Both the position numbers and the translations under genes were made by a program. From Candidatus Dadabacteria bacterium (GTDB taxonomy: Bacteria > Desulfobacterota_D > UBA1144 > Nemesobacterales > CSP1-2), in assembly GCA_963805855.1 (NCBI GenBank), contig CAWDVW010000002.1, positions 1 to 64,000 on the forward strand: a stretch of DNA of 64,000 bases. Reading direction: 5' to 3'. This document shows positions 22,901 through 34,444 of this stretch, piece by piece. The first letter of the stretch is position 1. Every line of letters starts with the position of its first letter. The notes beneath the pieces were generated by a model, which did not search any database, was not told the origin of the DNA, and saw nothing but the letters and a program-made list of their open reading frames with translations.

Positions 22901-25900
22901 CGACCGCAGCATCGCAGTCTCCTCTATCCAGAGTGGCCAGCACGGAGAGTTCGCTAAGGAAGGCCTCTGGATCGGTTTCTGAACCGTTGAAGCGGCTGTC
23001 CAGCACGGCAGCTGCGGAGGAATTGTCGTCCAGTTCCTGTTTCGGCAGCACGCAGCTGGACCAACTGCTCGGCGGTCGACATCAGTTCGGGCGGCGACAG
23101 CGCCTCCGGATGCCTCAGCACTGCCAGGAGCGGTTCGAGCCGCTTGAACAGCTCACGCCGGTGATCAAGTGCGGCCTGCCCTGTAGAGATATCGCGCTCA
23201 AGCTCAGCGTAGGAGGTGGAAGGTGCTTGCCCAGACAACTCGGGAATCGAGGTCACAAGATCTATGTCGCCCGTCTTGAGCAGCGCGCGGACGTCCCTGT
23301 TGGCCGGTCTTGCAAACTGCTCATCCACCCGACGATAGAATTCCGACAGCCGCGCAAATGCGTAAAAGTCGGTGTCAACCCCCTGGAAATGCAAGCCAAA
23401 TACAGCGCGCGCCTGAGGATCTTCAATGAATGCCGGCAAGCCTCTTTCCACTTCGCCAAATTCCGCAGGGCCGTCGCAGCCTCTACCTTCCGGAACCCTT
23501 CGCCGCGCGCTAATGCCAAGTAGAGCCCTTCGCTCTTTTGAAGGACGAAGAAAGCCACGCGAACGCACCGGAGCCGCTGATGGTCGCCGCCTGCACCCGC
23601 AGTTCGGCTGCCGATAGCTCCGTAGTAGTTGAGATGAACTTCTCCAGCCGGTCTCGCTGCCCTTGAAGCTCTCGCCCCGTTTGGCAAAGTTTATCCAGGA
23701 GGCCAACTCCGGCAGGAGCTGCCGTCAACTCACTACGTAGCGAAAGCACATTGCCATCAGTCAGGCGCACTGTTTCGGCGGCCTTTGAGAGCACGCCGAA
23801 CGGGATGGTCGCCGCGGCAGGGAAATACTCGACGAACATTGCCGCTGCCTCCGAGCTCCTCCGGAGCCCCTCTAGAGAGGCCTCCAAGTCGTCAAGCTCC
23901 TCCGCCCATTTGGCGCGGTCAAGCACGTCAATTCCATGCTCACTGCAGAGCTCGGCGATTTCCGGAGGGTCGCGGGGACTCCCTCTCCGTTAGGGTCCGT
24001 GATGACCTCGGCTAGGGCCTCTCTACGGCGCCTCAAAGCTTGGCAAGCTTGTAAGAATTCGGCGAGAGCTGGAACGGCTGACTGTCGGTAGGCACGCAGG
24101 ATCAAGGGGACATCCGCCGTCTCCACCAGCGGTGTGAGCTCGTTGAGCACATCCGACAGACTTTCGAGGTCATGCGAGTAGGTCTCGGTATCGACCTCAA
24201 TCTCGTTGAGACGCAGTCGCTCGCGGGTGGCACGCTCAAAAGCTTCGCTCGTGTCCCGGGCGAGCCGCGTCAACTCAAAGACGGTGAAACGGTCGATGTT
24301 CCGCTGGTCGATGCCGCTCCAGTAGGGTTTTGCCCGCTTCGCCTCCCGCCAAGTGGCAGCTAGGCGATCGTGCCTTCTCCAGGATTGTTTCAAGTTGGAC
24401 AGCGGTTATGGCCTCGACATTAGGGACCGACGGCGTTTGAAGCTTGCGAGGCGCGTCCGCGAGCCTTGTGGATGTGGCCAAACTCTTTCCGAGCACGTCG
24501 TAAACCTTCAGGCCGGTCTGTCCGAAGAGGTCTCCGATTACGCCGATGTATGCAGCCAGCTCGGAACGAACCTGACGGAACTTCTCGATTCGCGCCTCAT
24601 AATCGAGGGGAACGGAAGGCATCTCCGCTTCAAGCCTGTCCCGCACGGAGCTGAAGACCTGCTCCCGAGAAGAACGCACGGCCTGCAGGGGGAGCAGGAA
24701 ATCCCCCAGTCCTATCAATTCAAGGCGAGATTCGACAACCTCGAGGGCTGCCATCTTTTCGGCAACGAAAAGCACCTTCTTGCCCTGCGCCATCGCATTG
24801 GCAATTGTGTTGACGATTGTCTGAGATTTGCCCGTGCCGGGTGGCCCCTCGACGGCGAGATCCCTTCCGTCGGCCACATCAACGACGGTGCTGAACTGGG
24901 ATGAAGTTGGCGTCCATGACCAGGTAAGGCACTTTGGATTCGACAGCGGGGTCGTCGACTTCATATTCGTCCGCGAATGGTGCGGCCGCACCAGTGCTTG
25001 TTCCTCCGAACAGGCCGGCAATGACCTGGTTCTCCTCAAAGCTGCGCTTGCTCGTGTCGAGGTCGCGATACATTGCCATCCTTGCCGATGGGAAAACGCC
25101 GAACACTACCTGCCGGCGGACCTTCCAGCTGAGGCTGGATGGGGCTGAAGTGGCCACATCCCGGAGGTAGTCCTCAATCGATCCGCCCTCGTAGCGGGGC
25201 AAGTCGATGCCGAAGTCGAGGCGCATCTTTTCGGCGAGAACGACATTGGTCTCTGGCTCGTCGCCGTCGGCGCTGACCCAAAATTCGGCGCCCTCTCTGG
25301 TCTTCTTCTTCTCCAGCTTGACCGGCATCAAGGCTAGCGGCGAGAAGGACGAGTCCGTGCCGTTTGGCTCCTTCCACTCAAGGAAACCGAAGGCAGCGTG
25401 GAAGACGTTGATGCCCGTTTCTTGCTCCCAGGTCTTGCATTTGGTGATCAAGGCATTGAGCCGCCGCTCGAGGTCTTCCGGCAGGAGAGAGTTCTGAATG
25501 CGGTCGTCCCCATGGCGCCCGTCTTCGTGTTCGTTGTCCGGATCCGGTAGTTCCCATTGAGGCGCTATGCCGTTGTTCAGTGCATGCTGTTGAAGTGAGA
25601 CGTCGGCTTTCCGTTGGCGTGGCGCCATCCCCAGCATCTCTCTGACCCGATCCCTGAGCTCGCGCTCGATGCGACGCTCTTCATCGAGGCTAGCATCTGC
25701 ATTGGGGTCTAGCTCCGAGATGGCAGCCAGATACTGCTCATCGCTCAGTCGAGCACTCGACAGGGCGTCTTGGAACGTGATCGCTTGCTCGTCACGCGGG
25801 TCCTCGTCAAGCGCCGGCAGTGGAATAAGGTGCATCGGCACCCTGTTGGCGAGATTGAACCTCAGGACCTCCGGGAGTTCATCGACGATCCGCACAAGGG

Positions 25901-26037
25901 AGTTCGACCGCGGAGCGAGGCGGGTGGCGATCAGAGGATTGCGCCGACCCAGATCAAGTAGTTTGGGCCTTAGGTTCTCGAATCCGTGTCCGGATCAGGT
26001 CATGAAGCTCCCCAGCTCTCGCGCTTCCGTTTCCCAC
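19963..26037 (-). CDS. ~2000-aa DUF4011 + SF1 (UPF1/Dna2-like) helicase + Vsr/REase-like nuclease + DUF3320 protein (HheA-like antiphage protein), many frameshifts
   Basis: N-terminal KLLDLGRRNPL, Walker A EGPPGTGKSQTIVN, VLFVAEKMAAL, IIDEASQM, VVGDTNQLPP, WHYRSRH, NVQGDERD, DSEFE..GYFIDIG..GVECDGASYH..RDRLRQEVLE and GFQRTGSQI. Confidence 0.85.
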
Positions 26038-26325
26038 TACGCCCGCTCCAAGATTATGCGCTTTTCACCGTTCCCATTTAAGGGTGCACTAACTTCCGAA
26101 AGATCTTGCCGTGCAAGACTATGGTCGTCTTCTTATCTCTGCAATGGCGGCTCGAACTCTGTGACCTCGCAATCTCGAACCGTTTGCATGAGGCTCTCGG
26201 AGCCAAGCTCCACCTCGACAGCACTAACAGAAGAAATCCACTCGCGAAGGCTCCTAAAGCCGACACCGGAGCATCAAGACGAAGCCTCGTCCAGTCTGGC
26301 GCTTGCCGGGGAAACTCAAGCAGGC

Positions 26326-29300
26326 TCAGGCGGCTGCTTGCTTCTCTCTTTCCCGGTCCGGCAGTTCATGAATCCGGACGCCTGAGCAGATCTCCGCCGC
26401 CATCTCACAAAGGTGACGGTGATGCGTGAGATAGATCACTTGGCCTGCCCGCGCCATTTCCTCGAGCAGCCGGAAAGTCTCCGCAGATCGCGGATTGTCG
26501 AAGCTCTCCATGATGTCATCGGCAATGAACGGCACCGGTCGGCGCGAGCGCGCGAATTCGAGATAGCCCGGCCATGCGAAGCGCCAGATAGAGCTGGAAG
26601 CGCGTGCCGCGGGACATCTCCGTCGCCAGTTTCGATCCGCCGTCGGCAGCCTGTGCGATCAGAAGCTCGCTGTCTCCGTCCGGCCGCGTGGAAAGGCCGG
26701 TGTAGTCGCCGCGGCTGATGGTGGCGAAGGCCTTCGAAGCGCGCTCCATCATCGAGCTGCGGTGGCGCTCCCGGTAGGTTCTGAGCGCAGTCTCGGCTGC
26801 AATCGTGCCTGCACGCAGGCGCATGTATTGGCGGGCCCTGTCTTCGATCTCGAGAAGGACAACCCGCCGTTCCTGCTCAAGCCTGGCGACCGCGTCGTCG
26901 CCCCCGATCGCCTCGACCCGTCCGGCGGCTTCCGTGAGGGCCGCATATTGCTCGCGCACATAGCGGTCGGCGTTTTCGAAGCGCGGCTCGAGTCTCGGCC
27001 TGTTCGCGCTCGAGTTCCGCACGATCGCAGGAGGAAAGGACTTCTTCCGCTCCCTCAAGATCGTCCGACCGCGTTGCATCGACGATCTCCCTTTCCAGCT
27101 TGCGGATCCGTTCCAAGAGCTCGTCGCGCCGGTCAAGCTGGCGCAACTTGCCGGCAACTGCCTCGAGATTTTCGACCTCGAAGTGCTCAAGCATCGTCTT
27201 CGCCAGCTGCCGATCGACGGCCGCGGCATCCTGCAACTCTTTCAATCGCTCCGCGTCGGCCTTTCGCTTGTCCCTCAATTCGGTCAACGCTTTCGCTGTG
27301 GTGCGCGCCTCCTGAACGGCGCCGGTGCATAGCTGGTAGAGCTCTGCAGCATCGAGACCTTCAGGCGGACTTGTTGCCGAGCCGGCGCCACACCGATGCG
27401 AACGGAAATCGCTGAGAGCGATTCGGCGAAGGCGGCCTGGTCCGCCTCCATCTGCGATATCCGATCCGCCAGATCGTCATGATCGCGCAGAAGTGGCTCC
27501 AGTTCCGACAGAAGTGAAAGGATCTCGCGGACCACAGCAATGCCGGGAACAGTGTCTCGCGCGCCGAGCCAGGTTCGGCCGATGGCGTTCGACCAGCTCG
27601 TGTTCCAAGTCCTCTGCGCGTCGAGAGCTTCCGCCAACGTCTTCTTCCTTGCGGCAATCTCATGCTCGACCTGGTCCAGCTGCTCCCGCAGGGAGCGAAG
27701 TGCTGCCTCCTTGTCGAGGACCGACTGGCCGGCGGCTATCGCGAGATGCAGCGTGAGATCGCCCTTTGACGTTGGAACCGGCAGCCGACAACGCTTCAAC
27801 GAGTTTCTTGCGCAGGAACTCTCCGTCCTTCTCCGCGTCGGCACGTTCGTCCATGGCCTCCCGAAGAAGCCGGCCCTTCTCAATCGCTTCGGAACGGAGC
27901 GCCATCCAGCGGCGGAGATCCGATAATCCTGCGCTGACATCCGTAGCGTCGATCAGCGATTGGAGAGCTTCCGGCAGGCTGTGCCTGACCTCGCAGGCAA
28001 GCGCGTTCTCCTTATCGACACACTCCTGTTCGGCCTCTTTCGCTTCCTCAAGCCGAGTCTCGTTCATTCGCAGCGCACGATGCAGCTGCCCGATCTTTTC
28101 CGCCTCGCCGGCATGGCCGAGCCGTGCAGCGCTGGCGATATCATCCTCGCGAAGCGCCGCCTCGAAGACATCTGCCGACTTGTCGTCCATGGCCTGACGA
28201 TGGGCCGCCCAGGCTTTCTCGCGCTCGCTTCGCAGCCGGGCAGCGGAGGCGTCGTCCACAACACCAGACGTTCGCTCGATGCCTTCGATCTCGGCCCTGC
28301 CCAGCCGACAGTCCGATGCAAGGCGGGCAATGTCGCGCCGATGGCCGGAAAGATCATCCTTCAGTTCGGCCAGACGGCCCTCCCACCGATCGAGCGCGGC
28401 TTCATCAGGCAATCGCAGGCTTGTGAGAGCGGAAAGATCGCCGCTCCAAGGCTGGAGGCTCGCAAGAACATCGTCCAGCTCACGCCGTTGGGTCTCGGCT
28501 TGGCGAGCGGCCACTTTACGACGCGCTTCATGATCGCTGTCGCGAGCAGCATTAACGGCGCTCGAAAGGGCGTTTAGCAGTGTCTTCCTGTCGGATATTT
28601 CACCATCAGGCGCGATTTCGCCTTCGGCTATCAGATCATCGCGCCGACCCGCCTCGAGTGCGTTCGCCTTGCGACGCTCGGCCTCTTGCAGTTCGTCACG
28701 TGCGCTCTTTACGGCGGCGTCCACGCCCGAACGCGTTTCCATGAGATCGCGAAGCGTGCCGACGGCGGTTGCGTCAATTCTCAGGCCCGCGATCCTTTCG
28801 ATCGCGTCGAGGTCGGCCGGGTCGAGATTTGCGCACCGTTCAGGTGATATACGGCCGGCAAGCGTGGCGAGTTGCCTCTTGATTTCGGAGAGGCGTTGCC
28901 GGCGGTTCGGCAGGTCTTCCTCCGCGCTGAGGAAACGGGCGTGCAGGATCTTGAGGTGCTCCAGCGCCTCCGCCTGTGCCAGCGCAGCATCGTTGACCTT
29001 TGTCTCCGCCTTCTGCCGATCATGGTCGGCAATATTCGAGCGGAGCGTCTCTTCCTGGACAGCTGTTTCGATCGCGGCCCGCTGCAAACGAGGGATTTCC
29101 GTGCGCCAGTGCAATGGCGCGTCCTTGAGCCCCGAAAGGGGCTCGAGCTGGCCGCGAAGCTCCCGGAGTTCGTCCAGTCTCGGCAGGGCCTGGAGCAGGC
29201 GGACCAACTCCTCCCGGCGGGACTGGATTTCGGCGCGGTCTTTATGTGCCGTGTCATACTTTCCCCGCGCCACGTCCGCGCGCCTCGACCAGCCGCGCAA

Positions 29301-29922
29301 ATTCCGAAGCCACAGTGTCCGTGGCTTCCCGCTTCTGCTTGAGATCCGCCAACCTGTCCTTCAGAGTCGACAATTCAGTATTGCGTGCCCTGTAGCGGTA
29401 GAAGCCGTCAGCGTCCTCCCGGATCTTCACAAGCGCCCGGCTGAGATCGGCCAAACCCGCACTCGCAGAGAAAAGAAGTTCCCCCAGTTCGCCCTTGCTG
29501 GCGAGTATCGTCTCACCGCCCTCTTCGAGAGAACCCTCGTCGAGCGAGAACATGCTGCGGTAGGCGTCGCGATCGATGCCGCCGAGCTCGGCAAGCGCGA
29601 CGCTCTCCGCGACCGCTCGCCCATCGGCACCGCTGAGGCTGTTCTGGTTGCGCTTCACGCGGATGAGATCGCTGTTCCCGTCGGCAGTCTCGATGCGGGC
29701 GCCGACCTGCATGGCACTGTAGCTGTGGAGGAAGTTGTAGCGGCTGCGGGGCTCAATCCCGTAGAGAAGATCGAGCCAGGCGGAGAAGCAGGTCGATTTG
29801 CCGGCCTCGTTCGCGCCGTAGACGATATGAAAGTCCGGCTCACCCGGTCTTGCTTCCCCGAAGTCGAGGCTGAAATCGGTGAACTTGCCGTAGCGGGTGA
29901 GGTCGAGGCGACGCAGGCGCAT
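26326..29922 (-). CDS. YhaN-like AAA_27 SMC/SbcC-type ATPase with long coiled coil, frameshifted
   Basis: MRLRRLDLTRYGKF..YGANEAGKST, ELLFSASAG, MSRGTRFQLYLALR, and PFIADDIMESFDNPR..QVIYLTHH. Confidence 0.88.
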
Positions 29923-31245
29923 CAGGCATCCTCCTCCGCTGCCTCGGCAGCGCGCCCCTGCAAGCGCGCCAGAACCTCCTGCATACCCTCTTGCGCGAGG
30001 GCATCGAGCACAGAACCAGCGGTGACCTCGTCATCCCCCAGTGCCGCGCGACATTCGGGCGGCAGATGGGCGCGCAGCTCCTGCGCCAAGTCCTCAACGC
30101 CTTGCCTGAAGCTCGGGTCCGAACTGACCGTCTCGCGCATGAGCGATTCCAGCTCCCCAAGCGGATAGCCGCTATCGCCATCTGACCGCTCATCGGTGCA
30201 TGAAGAGCCGGCGGCAACTTGTGGGTGGCAGTCGACCTCGATCCGATCGATCCAGGTGCGGCCGATGCCGGCCGCACGATCTTCGGCTTCTGCCCTCAGC
30301 AGGTCGGCGTCCCGCCGAAGGCGCCATGACAGAGGCGTTGCGCCGGTGAGGGCGAGGCGACTTACGAGATGATCCGACCCGGCCTGCCGGCGCGCCTCCC
30401 CGAGGGCGCTCTCCATTCTCAGGACGGCTTCCCGCCAGTCCCCGACGTCCTGCATCGTCTACAGGGACGCGGACGAATTCCGCTACGCTGACCGGACGTT
30501 CTTCCAATGTGATGGACCGGTCGTCGTTGATGGTCACGAGCGTCACGGACTTCGTGCCGCCCTCGTTGATGTCGCGCCCTTGCGGAATGCCGGCCATGAT
30601 AACGCATGGCGTGCTTCCGGGCTTTCCCTGGTGCTCCGCACGCTTGTGGATGTGCCCGAGCGCCCAGTAGTCAAATCCTGAAACGGCGAGATCGGCAAGG
30701 CTGCACGGGGCATAGGGATCGTGGCCGACCGCCCCTTCCAGGCTGGTGTGCATCAAGCCGATATTGACGGCATCCGACACGGGGGCCCGATACTTCGGGA
30801 GCAGGCTTTCCGGCGCGTGCGGCTGCGAGAAGCTGAGCCCGTGGACGACAACCGGTAGGGCGCCCCGCTCCCGTTCGAGCGAAACGGCGTCCGCTCTGCC
30901 CCCGAAGGTGGTCACGCTTTCAGGCAAGGTGAGCTCACGCGTGATCCGGGAGATCGCATCGTGGTTGCCTCGAATGATGAAAACCCGGATGCCGGCCTCG
31001 TCCAGCCTGCGGATCTGCGCGGCGAGAAAGCGGGCGGTCTTCATCGAGGTCTGATCGCCGTCATAGAGATCGCCGGCAAGCAGGAGAGCATCGACCTTTT
31101 CGTTCAGGCAAAGGTCGACGATGTTCATGAGAACCTGCCGGCTGGCGTCGCCGATCAGCTCCGCAAGGTCAGCGTTGCGCAGTGCAAGCGAACGCAGCGG
31201 CGAGTTGAGATGGACGTCCGCCGCGTGAACGAATTTGAAAGCCAT
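29922..31245 (-). CDS. YhaO-like SbcD/Mre11-family metallophosphoesterase nuclease, frameshifted
   Basis: FVHAADVHLNSPL, LAGDLYD, RGNHD, MHTS, YWALGHIH and PQGRDINEGG. Stop/start coupled to the YhaN-like gene. Confidence 0.9.
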
Positions 31246-31584
31246 GCCCCCTCGTCAGTCTTATCTCGTCAGCCCTCTGTCCCTGTAATACCCGTTGCAA
31301 GGCGGGAGGAAAACCTGGATCAGTGCGATATAAGGTTTCTTCCACGACTACCCGACGTGAGCAGAAGATCGTCCAAATCCGCAGTGAGCTGAGCCGAGAG
31401 CACCTACCCCTGTCCGCGCCGGAAGGGGATGATCAATGCCCTGCGATTACCGGACTCCGCTCTCGGCGAAACAGCCGCTACGAGCGCTCTTTTGGTTTTA
31501 CACTCTGCCCGTAACCCATTGATACGGTTTAAGCGGGGAGGGCGCTGTTTTACAGCTAAGTGCCTATAAAAGCGCTGAAAAAAT

Positions 31585-31633
31585 AAGCTTCCCAAGCTTG
31601 ATGTCGTCGGTTCGATCCCGATCACCCGCTCCA
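31585..31633 (+). mobile_element. 3' half of tRNA-Gly(CCC), att-like island boundary
   Basis: AAGC-TTCCCAA-GCTT anticodon arm, GTCGG-TTCGATC-CCGAT T arm and CACCCGC-T-CCA end. No 5' acceptor strand or D arm upstream. Confidence 0.85.
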
Positions 31634-31861
31634 ATAATTCAACAACTTAGCTTTCTCCTTCGTTGGTGGCGCACGGAAACGTCGGTGACGTGCAGGGTGC
31701 CATCATGGGCGCTTTCGACGAGATCCGCCTTGAATCCGCGCAATCCAGTCAAATTGCGGATGGCGGGGAACGGCGAATGGCGACGACTGCGCCATCATTT
31801 GCCATCATGGAAATCCCCACGATCGGTCTGATGGTGCTGACCATCACCGCCGCGATCGCAA

Positions 31862-32872
31862 TCACACACTGTCCAGGATGTTCATCGTGTCCGGCATCCG
31901 CTTCAACGAGTTGGCAATGTGGTCGCGCCAGCGTGGCCCTACCTCCTTTGCGGTGACGTAGGCTCGGGACAGATCGTCGGGTCGGTCCTCGGCCATCGCC
32001 TCGATTAGAAACGCCGCCTGCTCCCGATCTTTCGACGCCTTCAGGGTGCCCGCGCCATCGCGCCGCCGATCGGCGATGATGAGCTTGTGAATTGCATATC
32101 TTTCGGGGCGTGGCACCTGCACGAGAACACCAGACCTGTAGATGGCCGCTGCCTGGATCGGCTCGGCGATCAGGAAGTTGAGGTAATTCAGCGCTTGCGC
32201 GCTGACGCGCAGTGCGGGCAGGTCACGGATGGTTTCCTCGCCGAATGCCGGTGTGAGGAATTCGACCAACTGGCCACTGCCGCCTTGCGCCCAACGCCAC
32301 GTTCGGGCTGGGTCGAGCCCGGGCAGGGGGGCGAACTTCAGCGCCGAGAAGGTTTCTGCCAAGCCCGGATTGACCTGATCCTCCAGGGCGACGCTGAGCT
32401 TCTCGAATTGGGCGATGTCGATGTCCCCGGTGCTTGCCATCCCGCCCAAAGGCAGGCGGATGCCAAGTTCACCTTCGTACAGGCGAAACGCATTCGTACC
32501 GACGACCGTACCGCCCAGCCGAAACGTCCCCGCGCTCGCCATGGCGGATAGGATGGAACCGGTCGCTCGGTCGGTCGGCGTCATGCCCTCCGCCCGCAGT
32601 AGCCGGATCAGCCGCGACCGCTCGTCCTGCCGCTCCTTCGCGGTCGCACGCAGGTTCTCGATGCGGTCGATCCGAGCGCGCGTCTCGTCGGTATCTTCGC
32701 CGACGTAGAAGAAGCGCATCTCCGATCCGACGCGGCGCGCAGCGTACCAGTAAGCCTTGTTACCGCGCTGTTTGAGGATCGGTTGGCCCTCGACGCCGGA
32801 CATTGCGTCGTCCTTCAGGAGCCGCACCAGATCGGTGTACGCGCTCATCGCGATGCTGCTGAGTGGAGTCAT
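31862..32872 (-). CDS. GSU2403-family nucleotidyltransferase-fold protein
   Basis: FRLGGTVVGTNAF, TGDIDIA, VEFLTP, AQALNYLNFLI, VPRPERYAIHKLII and KASKDREQA in an intact ORF. Confidence 0.8.
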   Translation of the reverse strand: MTPLSSIAMSAYTDLVRLLKDDAMSGVEGQPILKQRGNKAYWYAARRVGSEMRFFYVGEDTDETRARIDRIENLRATAKERQDERSRLIRLLRAEGMTPTDRATGSILSAMASAGTFRLGGTVVGTNAFRLYEGELGIRLPLGGMASTGDIDIAQFEKLSVALEDQVNPGLAETFSALKFAPLPGLDPARTWRWAQGGSGQLVEFLTPAFGEETIRDLPALRVSAQALNYLNFLIAEPIQAAAIYRSGVLVQVPRPERYAIHKLIIADRRRDGAGTLKASKDREQAAFLIEAMAEDRPDDLSRAYVTAKEVGPRWRDHIANSLKRMPDTMNILDSV

Positions 32873-32972
32873 GCCTATCATTTTAAGGTTTTGCTTGGCA
32901 CGCATATACCTATCAAAATTCAAAATTGCTAGGCATGTTCGGGGAAAACGCCTCCGCGGCGTGGAAGCGGCG

Positions 32973-33006
32973 TGTCGTCGGTTCGATCCCGATCACCCGC
33001 TCCAAT
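32973..33006 (+). repeat. Second copy of the tRNA-Gly 3' end (34-bp direct repeat with 31602..31635)
   Basis: TGTCGTCGGTTCGATCCCGATCACCCGCTCCAAT is identical at both positions. Confidence 0.9.
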
Positions 33007-33099
33007 CATTTCAAACGAGCTTGAAATTTCCCGGTCTTCGAGACCCGAGGTCTCGCAGGAGGTCGAGTACGCCGACGGGGGTGCTGGAAACGGCGGACT

Positions 33100-33329
33100 C
33101 GGACCTCTTTGGTGGCTTTTCCTAGGTCGTTGACCCAGTGCGAAGCTGTTGACGCGCTGCCTCCATTTCCTGCGACGTAGATCATTGCACCTATATCGCG
33201 AGCAACACGCAAACGCCGGACGATCCTCTCAATCGCATTAAGGTCCATACTATGCAAAAGCATTTCGAAAGCTCGCAAATAATCGGCAGCGATTTGCTTT
33301 ACGGGAAATTCTTGCCCATCATTCCTCAT
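33100..33329 (-). pseudogene. SIS-domain phosphoheptose-isomerase (GmhA-like) gene, cut off after ~75 codons at the compositional junction
   Basis: IYVAGNGGSASTASHWVNDLGKATK, then an abrupt switch into unrelated GC-rich sequence. Confidence 0.8.
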
Positions 33330-33475
33330 ATCAGATATCCTCTATTATTACCGTTTCAGCGAATTCGCTCTTATGACCCATCTCTGTGGCTTTTTTAAAT
33401 TCAAACGCATTAATCTCATTGGGGGGCATTAGCTCTGCTCAACCGTGACGCTCAATCTGACTGGCCCGGGTAGAT

Positions 33476-34441
33476 CTAGATAAATTTAGACATAAGGAAG
33501 GAAATTGGCTTTCGAAGTGGATTATGAATAATCGAAGAGAATTTTCCGTGTAGCATGCGATACCAATTTGGCTGTGGTTGTTTGAATAAAGTAGTTTGGA
33601 TGATAAATTGTTCGGACGTAACGTCAGGCGCTATATAGGGTGGGTGTCTGAGTGGGAAATCCATATCCACGCTCGGAAGATTAGTCCATACACCTTTAGG
33701 CGATTTCGTGTGTGTGGCATCCACCCCAAAACCGATGTTGCTAACAAGGTTTTTACTGGGCGAGATACAAAGTCCGTTCTGCGCCCAAAGCGCAAAAAGC
33801 CACTGGTAGTCCCAAATGTCCTTCACTCCACCATAGGTTAAGTCAAATCTGCTTCGAAAATATTCAGCAGCACGATCGTTTCCTAGAATATTTAACAGTA
33901 AAGGTGTTTCACGGAGTGTTGGCCACAGCTTCATTCCCATATCAAAGTACTTCCACGCCCTGCGCCAAGTAGCCCAGCCCCATACACCTTGAAAGCGCTG
34001 AAAGTAGTAACTGTATCGCGCATCATTCTGACCAAATAGCAAATCGAACCCACTTATAGACATGACCCTAGTATCATTACGGTATCTTTCCAGGAGCTCC
34101 TCACAAAACTGAAAAAAAGTCTGATTAGGTACGCAATCATCTTCAAGGATGATTGCTTCCTCTACCTGTTGTAAAGCCCAGCTTATACCTGTGGCCGGTC
34201 GTATACCACACCCCAAATTCGCATCAGAGGAGTTCTTAAATACTTCACACTCCCAGTCCACACGATCGATTATTCTCCGAGCTGCCGCGCACTTTTCCGC
34301 CTCTCCAGGTCGTTCCTCACGTGGGCCATCTGCAACAACAAACAACTTTGACGGCATGGCTTTGGCGATTTCCGCAAAGACTCGCTCGGTGGTGTCTGCA
34401 CGATTAAATATTATAAAAACAATAGGAGTTTCCAATACCAT
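33476..34441 (-). CDS. GT-A fold (GT2-like) glycosyltransferase
   Basis: PIVFIIFNR, VVADGPR, NLGC, IILEDDCVP, WGWATWRRAW, WDYQW and NIGFG. Confidence 0.88.
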   Translation of the reverse strand: MVLETPIVFIIFNRADTTERVFAEIAKAMPSKLFVVADGPREERPGEAEKCAAARRIIDRVDWECEVFKNSSDANLGCGIRPATGISWALQQVEEAIILEDDCVPNQTFFQFCEELLERYRNDTRVMSISGFDLLFGQNDARYSYYFQRFQGVWGWATWRRAWKYFDMGMKLWPTLRETPLLLNILGNDRAAEYFRSRFDLTYGGVKDIWDYQWLFALWAQNGLCISPSKNLVSNIGFGVDATHTKSPKGVWTNLPSVDMDFPLRHPPYIAPDVTSEQFIIQTTLFKQPQPNWYRMLHGKFSSIIHNPLRKPISFLMSKFI

Positions 34442-34444
34442 CCC

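Noticed and set aside
213-31245. Programmed frameshifting or mass pseudogenisation of the left half
   Set aside because: Indels are scattered across many genes of unrelated function while catalytic motifs stay intact, which fits uncorrected long-read error.
31560-31633. Intact tRNA-Gly gene
   Set aside because: There is no 5' GCGGGTG acceptor strand or D arm upstream. Only the 3' half is present.
31404-31634. 76-aa ORF starting MERVIGIEPTTSSLGS
   Set aside because: This is the antisense translation of the tRNA-Gly 3' fragment, a well-known source of spurious ORFs.
33006-33329. Novel GmhA fusion with an Arg-rich C-terminus
   Set aside because: The tail is read-through across the compositional junction into unrelated DNA.
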